Below, one piece after another: positions 7,318-11,699 of a stretch of 11,699 nucleotides of DNA; within the stretch, counting starts at the first letter, position 1; every line of letters begins with the position of its first letter. The notes under the pieces were generated by a model. It worked only from the letters and a program-made list of their open reading frames with translations. It did not search any database and had not been told where the DNA came from. The stretch spans positions 1 through 11,699 of the forward strand of contig DXJO01000015.1 of assembly GCA_019057475.1 (NCBI GenBank), read 5' to 3'. A program made the position numbers and the translations under genes. The DNA comes from Candidatus Thorarchaeota archaeon. GTDB taxonomy: Archaea; Asgardarchaeota; Thorarchaeia; Thorarchaeales; Thorarchaeaceae.

Positions 7318-8271
7318 ATGAAGCGGATACTGGTTACAGGGGCCTACGGCCAAATAGGGACAGAACTGATTGGTGTTCTAAGGAAGAAATACGGCGGCGA
7401 GAATGTCATTGCCACCGGGAGAAAGAAGCCTCCAGAGATTCTCACAAAGGATGGACCATACTGCAGACTAGACATCCTCGATGAGAATCAATTGCACACA
7501 ATGCTTGTTGATTACGACATCGACATCATTATCCACAATGCTTCAGTCCTATCAGCAACAGGGGAACGGAATCCCCAGTTGGCCTACAGGACCAATGTGG
7601 AAGGCAGCTACAACATCTTGGAAGCTGTCCGAATACTGAACCTCGACCAAGCACTCGTACCCAGCTCAATCGCAGCCTTTGGTCCGAGCACACCTCAAGA
7701 TAATACACCGAACGATGTGATAATGCGCCCCACAACGATGTATGGCGTGACAAAAGTCTTCGTCGAACTGCTTGGAGAGTACTACGCCAAGCGATATGAC
7801 CTCGACTTCAGGTCTCTGCGATATCCTGGAGTTATCAGCTCAGAAGCCCTTCCAGGGGGCGGCACAACCGACTACGCTGTAGAGATCTTCTACGAGGCTC
7901 TCAAGAACAAGAAGTACACATCCTTCCTTGCAAAGGATACGATGCTGCCCATGATGTACATGCCTGACTGCCTGAAGTGCACAGTTGACCTTATGGAAGC
8001 AGACGCTAGCAAGCTTGCGCATCGCAGCTACAACATCACGGCAATGAGCTTCACACCTGAGGACATAGCTAACGAAATCAAGAAGCACATTCCTGAATTC
8101 GAGATAGACTATAAGCCTGACTTCCGTCAACAGATAGCTGAAACCTGGCCAAGGTCCATCGATGACAGCGTTGCGCGTGAGGAATGGGGTTGGGCGCCCG
8201 AATACAACCTTGCGTCGATGACGAAGGATATGCTTGAGAAGCTATCAAAGAAGCTCGGTGTTAAGTACTAG
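7318..8271 (+). CDS. tdh: L-threonine 3-dehydrogenase, extended-SDR (GalE-like) type
   Basis: 317 aa from the ATG at 7318. TGAYGQIG NAD-binding motif, LSATGE, PSSIAAFG, YGVTK (YxxxK), RYPG, PGGGTTDY and LPMMYMPD are all typical of SDR-type TDH. Confidence 0.9.
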   Translation: MKRILVTGAYGQIGTELIGVLRKKYGGENVIATGRKKPPEILTKDGPYCRLDILDENQLHTMLVDYDIDIIIHNASVLSATGERNPQLAYRTNVEGSYNILEAVRILNLDQALVPSSIAAFGPSTPQDNTPNDVIMRPTTMYGVTKVFVELLGEYYAKRYDLDFRSLRYPGVISSEALPGGGTTDYAVEIFYEALKNKKYTSFLAKDTMLPMMYMPDCLKCTVDLMEADASKLAHRSYNITAMSFTPEDIANEIKKHIPEFEIDYKPDFRQQIAETWPRSIDDSVAREEWGWAPEYNLASMTKDMLEKLSKKLGVKY

Positions 8272-8294
8272 TCAAGCGTAAGCCATGTGGTGGA

Positions 8295-10055
8295 TTGTCC
8301 TTGAATAAACGTGCGTTGCATCTGTCATTGCTCATCCTCTCCATCATAACAGCGTCCTCACTCTATCTATCATGGTCAGCAGACACTGGCCTCGGTGATC
8401 TCGTCGTGGAGAGAATAGAGATAGAGAGTGATGCTGGAAGGCCAGTGAACTTCCTGGTCTACTCACCAAGGGCTCACACGTATTGGCAGCCAATGCCAAT
8501 CATCCTAACAACTCACGGCATAGCTGGCTCTAAAGAGGGGATGTACTCCTTCAACATCGAACTCGCTAGACGCAATTTCACTGTAGTTTCAGTTGATCTT
8601 GCAGGCCATGGCGACTCTGAGCTCAGCTTCGATTGGACTGATTACGCCACCCTAGCAGATGACTGTTACGCAGCGCTTCGCTATATACAGACAACTCGCG
8701 CCTATGTTGACGACGAGCTCTATGGAATGTTGACACACTCCCTTGGGCTCCAAGTGGCACTGGCAGTCAACGAGCTTACCATCAAGCCTCATGCATTTGC
8801 TGCAGTTGGTTACCTTGGGGACATAGACATTCGTGATACAGTCGTATTCCCAGGCAATTTTCTCCTTGCACTGGGCGAGTTTGATGAGATGATCTCTACT
8901 GAAGATGCACTTGAAGCACTTAGAAGAGCCACCGGAAATGACTCCGCTGTAGCGGGTGTAACCTACGGATCATTTGAAGATCAAACGGCCTACAAACTTG
9001 CACTCGCTCCCACCGAGCATGTGTTCGAAGCGCTTGATGCAACAATTGTGGCCGAGTCAGTCCTATGGTTAGTTCAAGCTTTGCAGGGAGAGAGCCAGGT
9101 CAATCACACTCTTCCCATGTACGAGCAAGTCTACCAGTACAAGGTCATGGCAACAGCAACTGCTCCATTGGGCTTGCTTGTTTCAACAATACCACTGATG
9201 TTTGCTATCTACTACGCTCTGCCGGAATCCTTGAAACCTCGGAAGATACCAAACAATGCAACGGTCTTCCCGATCAAAAGAACTGTCATCTATGGCTCAG
9301 TAGTCGGAGCTGCAATGATATTGTTGTTCACAGCTTCTTGTGCCGCGAGTTACCATCTTGAAAGCGCTGATTCCGCTTGGATTAGCTCCATGTTCGGCAC
9401 CGGGCAGATGCTCTTTCTAGGTCTGGGCGTTTTTGTGCTCCCCTTGACCATGATGTTGCTTATTGGAAAAGAGAACACAAAGCTAGCTCTTGCCGCTGTT
9501 GGTATTGAGAGGAGCAGCCCGAAAGAGAAACTCACCGCATTCTTGAAGGTATCTCTTATTGGGGGAGCCTGCATCGCATGGCTGCTCGGTTGGATGATGG
9601 TCGGGGGTTTGCCAGAGTCAATGACTCCATGGATTGCAATTGCACTGGTGAAGACACCCGTTGGAGTCAGGGCTTTCAACATGCTAATTCTGTTCCTATT
9701 GGGTATCCCCTACTTTGCAGTTGAGGCCGCTTGGATTCGAGGAATCATGCTATCAAAAAGGGATTGGGGGGGCGAACGTGAGTTCACGAAGAGCATAGGC
9801 TTGGCCTTCATAACACGCATTGCAGTGGCGGGAGTGCTAGCGATAGCCGCCACTTCAGTGACAACGCTTCTCGGTCTGATTGCGGGGCCAATGGTCCTGC
9901 TTGGTCTCCTCTTGCTCCTATTCATGATAGTGTCAATGCTAACAACTCTGCTCATTTCATGGGCGTTTCTAGAGATGGAGAACCCATGGCCAGCAGTGAT
10001 TCTGAGTGCATTCCTATGGGCATGGGTTGCTATTTCCAGCATCCCGATAATTTAG
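8295..10055 (+). CDS. Membrane-anchored alpha/beta-fold hydrolase with a C-terminal multi-pass membrane domain
   Basis: N-terminal TM/signal segment; THGIAGS oxyanion region; VDLAGHGDS; nucleophile elbow THSLG (Ser149); candidate acid GEFDE and His TEHVFE; about 8 hydrophobic segments after ~9150. TTG start at 8295 or 8301; 8301 is better spaced from GGTGG. Confidence 0.8.
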   Translation: MSLNKRALHLSLLILSIITASSLYLSWSADTGLGDLVVERIEIESDAGRPVNFLVYSPRAHTYWQPMPIILTTHGIAGSKEGMYSFNIELARRNFTVVSVDLAGHGDSELSFDWTDYATLADDCYAALRYIQTTRAYVDDELYGMLTHSLGLQVALAVNELTIKPHAFAAVGYLGDIDIRDTVVFPGNFLLALGEFDEMISTEDALEALRRATGNDSAVAGVTYGSFEDQTAYKLALAPTEHVFEALDATIVAESVLWLVQALQGESQVNHTLPMYEQVYQYKVMATATAPLGLLVSTIPLMFAIYYALPESLKPRKIPNNATVFPIKRTVIYGSVVGAAMILLFTASCAASYHLESADSAWISSMFGTGQMLFLGLGVFVLPLTMMLLIGKENTKLALAAVGIERSSPKEKLTAFLKVSLIGGACIAWLLGWMMVGGLPESMTPWIAIALVKTPVGVRAFNMLILFLLGIPYFAVEAAWIRGIMLSKRDWGGEREFTKSIGLAFITRIAVAGVLAIAATSVTTLLGLIAGPMVLLGLLLLLFMIVSMLTTLLISWAFLEMENPWPAVILSAFLWAWVAISSIPII

Positions 10056-10109
10056 TAATCTCACTGTCGATGCCCACACTCATTTGAAACCGCACAGGTA
10101 CATTCTATG

Positions 10110-11252
10110 TTAGAAGACGCGTTGCTTAATCTCTATGCCCCGCTTCTTCAGCTCTTCGATGAAAGGCTCAGGAGGTATGGCTTTCTCCGGTGGCAAAACT
10201 CCTCTCTCACTAATAGTGCCATCAGCCATCATCGTCGCTGCTGTAGATGCTGTAAAGGATGTCGTCCTCATCATCGATGTGAGACCGGCCTTATCATCAA
10301 AGAGATCGACAAGCTCGTACTCGATTTTGCGAGACTCTGTGCCTTTCCATCCTTCAACTGTGACTCTGAGAAGCGTGACGTCCTTGCCAGTCGGCGGGAG
10401 GTTCTGCTCAAGCAGCTTCTCCAGTACTGTCCGCGGAGCCACCTTCACGCCGCCAAAGTCCTGTTTCTTACTGTCCATGAAACCGAGCTTCATCAAACAC
10501 CACATCTTGTGGCCATGGCCCGGATAGCGAAGGGTCTTGTAGTCCAGATTAGCAACCTTGCCCTCATATGTCAGTGGCATAGTAGAAGAGCCCCCACTCG
10601 TGTTGAACGCCTCAAGTTTGCCATATGGCTCCGGAAATTCAACTTGCTCAAAACCAATCAACGGATCTTCAAAAGCAATCTTCCCATCACGCAGAACCAT
10701 GCATGGCTCGATGTATTCATTGATCAGACCCTCGACTGCAAAAATGAGGGAATAGTTCAGTGGAGGTCGGGGTTCCTGTTGGAGACCTCCCACCCGTATC
10801 TTCACACTGTCAGTGCGGGTCAGGTAGTCAATCCCAGATCTCGCTAGGACATTGGCCAATCCTGGAGCTAAGCCACAGTCAGGAATGACAGTAACGTCAG
10901 CGTCCTTTGCCTTGTCGTGCAGCTTGAGCTGTTTCTCAACGATCTTCAAGTTGCCACCCAAATCACATAGGTGAGTGCCAGTTGCAATCGCAACTTCAGT
11001 GTGGAGCAAGTTGAGCTTATAGCTCACTTCGCTGGCCACTGTGTCAACCATCGCGAAGAGTACCTTGAGCTGCTTGCGGTCAGCTGCATCGATTGTTTCA
11101 GCTACGACCTTTGGCCCCATCTCTTCGGCTAACGCTTCCGCACGTTTTACGTCTCTATCTGCAACTATGACCTCCTTTACGGCATCGTTGCGAGCAAGGT
11201 CAAAAGCTGCTCCTCTTCCCATGAGTCCAGAACCGAGTACTAGTACTTTCAA
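10110..11252 (-). CDS. Lysine 6-dehydrogenase / saccharopine dehydrogenase family protein
   Basis: Start moved to the TTG at 11252 (MKVLVLGSGLMG) with AAGGAG 8 nt upstream. Motifs DLGG, PDCGLAPG, VGGL, EGLINEY, EAFNTSGG, YKTLRYPGH, MMRTT. 380 aa. Confidence 0.9.
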   Translation of the reverse strand: MKVLVLGSGLMGRGAAFDLARNDAVKEVIVADRDVKRAEALAEEMGPKVVAETIDAADRKQLKVLFAMVDTVASEVSYKLNLLHTEVAIATGTHLCDLGGNLKIVEKQLKLHDKAKDADVTVIPDCGLAPGLANVLARSGIDYLTRTDSVKIRVGGLQQEPRPPLNYSLIFAVEGLINEYIEPCMVLRDGKIAFEDPLIGFEQVEFPEPYGKLEAFNTSGGSSTMPLTYEGKVANLDYKTLRYPGHGHKMWCLMKLGFMDSKKQDFGGVKVAPRTVLEKLLEQNLPPTGKDVTLLRVTVEGWKGTESRKIEYELVDLFDDKAGLTSMMRTTSFTASTAATMMADGTISERGVLPPEKAIPPEPFIEELKKRGIEIKQRVF

Positions 11253-11295
11253 GTCGAGTGCTCCTTTAGATGGACGCTGCAAGAGATGAACATGG

Positions 11296-11313
11296 CAAGT
11301 AAAAACACTATCG
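11296..11313 (-). promoter_or_regulatory. Putative BRE/TATA promoter of the lysine/saccharopine dehydrogenase gene
   Basis: Minus strand reads CGATAG-TGTTTTTACTTG, about 50 nt upstream of the TTG at 11252. Confidence 0.45.
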
Positions 11314-11382
11314 ACCTAAGAGACTTACTCATTTGAGGATAGAGTACGATGTGAAAGAGAGTTCCTGAAGATTATCACAGCC

Positions 11383-11699
11383 TCAAACTTCTCTAGAGAA
11401 TATCGGCTGCCGAGATATTAGATTCGGGAACATCAAACGCTGCTTGGGTGCAAAGGCAGTCTTCTCCGAGATTTCAGCCACAAGTTCGCTAACCGTCATT
11501 TTCACTTGATCCTTGTGTTCCCGACGCCTGACCGACAGAATACTGCTAGACTTTTCTTTCTCACCAATCACACATATGTAGGGTATCCACATCTTCTCGG
11601 CGGATCTGACCTTTTTCCCTACTGTCTGAGACCTGTCATCGATTTCGTACCTGATGCCAGCAGCATCAAGCTCCTTGCCCAGCTCAAGACAGTAATCCA
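11383..11699 (-). CDS. thrS: Threonyl-tRNA synthetase, archaeal type; C-terminal anticodon-binding domain (partial, runs off the window)
   Basis: The frame is open from the window edge. My translation: DYCLELGKELDAAGIRYEIDDRSQTVGKKVRSAEKMWIPYICVIGEKE...PKQRLMFPNLISRQPIFSREV*. This is a class IIa anticodon domain, and WIPY plus the Pro-rich tail resemble archaeal ThrRS. Confidence 0.85.
   Translation of the reverse strand, partial: DYCLELGKELDAAGIRYEIDDRSQTVGKKVRSAEKMWIPYICVIGEKEKSSSILSVRRREHKDQVKMTVSELVAEISEKTAFAPKQRLMFPNLISRQPIFSREV

Noticed and set aside
703-9682. Numerous 60-145 aa alternative-frame or antisense ORFs inside the main genes
   Set aside because: Fully nested within confident CDSs, with no independent signals.
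10107-10847. 246-aa + strand ORF with a Cys/His/Arg-rich patch
   Set aside because: Antisense shadow of the well-conserved dehydrogenase, with atypical composition and no motifs.
11236-11247. Perfect 12-bp palindrome AGTACTAGTACT
   Set aside because: Lies inside coding sequence (KVLVL) and is explicable by repeated Val-Leu codons.
1-11699. Selenocysteine/pyrrolysine readthrough, programmed frameshifts, inteins, CRISPR arrays, tRNAs and IS elements
   Set aside because: The recognised proteins look full-length and uninterrupted. I saw no periodic repeats, cloverleaf structures, terminal inverted repeats or transposase motifs.

Overview
Gene-dense archaeal window. The C-terminal fragment of an archaeal-type threonyl-tRNA synthetase, BRE/TATA-like promoters, frequent TTG starts and the type of PAS histidine kinase suggest an Asgard lineage such as Thorarchaeia (inference). 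Left to right: an orphan membrane PAS histidine kinase (+); a two-gene minus-strand unit encoding a long, uncharacterised fold-type II PLP enzyme and an iron-sulfur flavoprotein; pyruvate phosphate dikinase (+) followed by a hairpin/U-tract; a small 2-TM protein (-); an SDR-type L-threonine 3-dehydrogenase (+) followed by a membrane-anchored alpha/beta hydrolase fused to a multi-TM domain (+); a lysine 6-/saccharopine dehydrogenase (-); and the 3' end of thrS (-). No rRNA, tRNA, CRISPR array, transposase or defence gene was recognised. The best candidates for novelty are the PLP enzyme/Isf pair divergent from ppdK within an amino-acid catabolism neighbourhood, the hydrolase with a degenerate CPBP-like membrane domain, and several small cis-elements. 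None is proven to be a new system.
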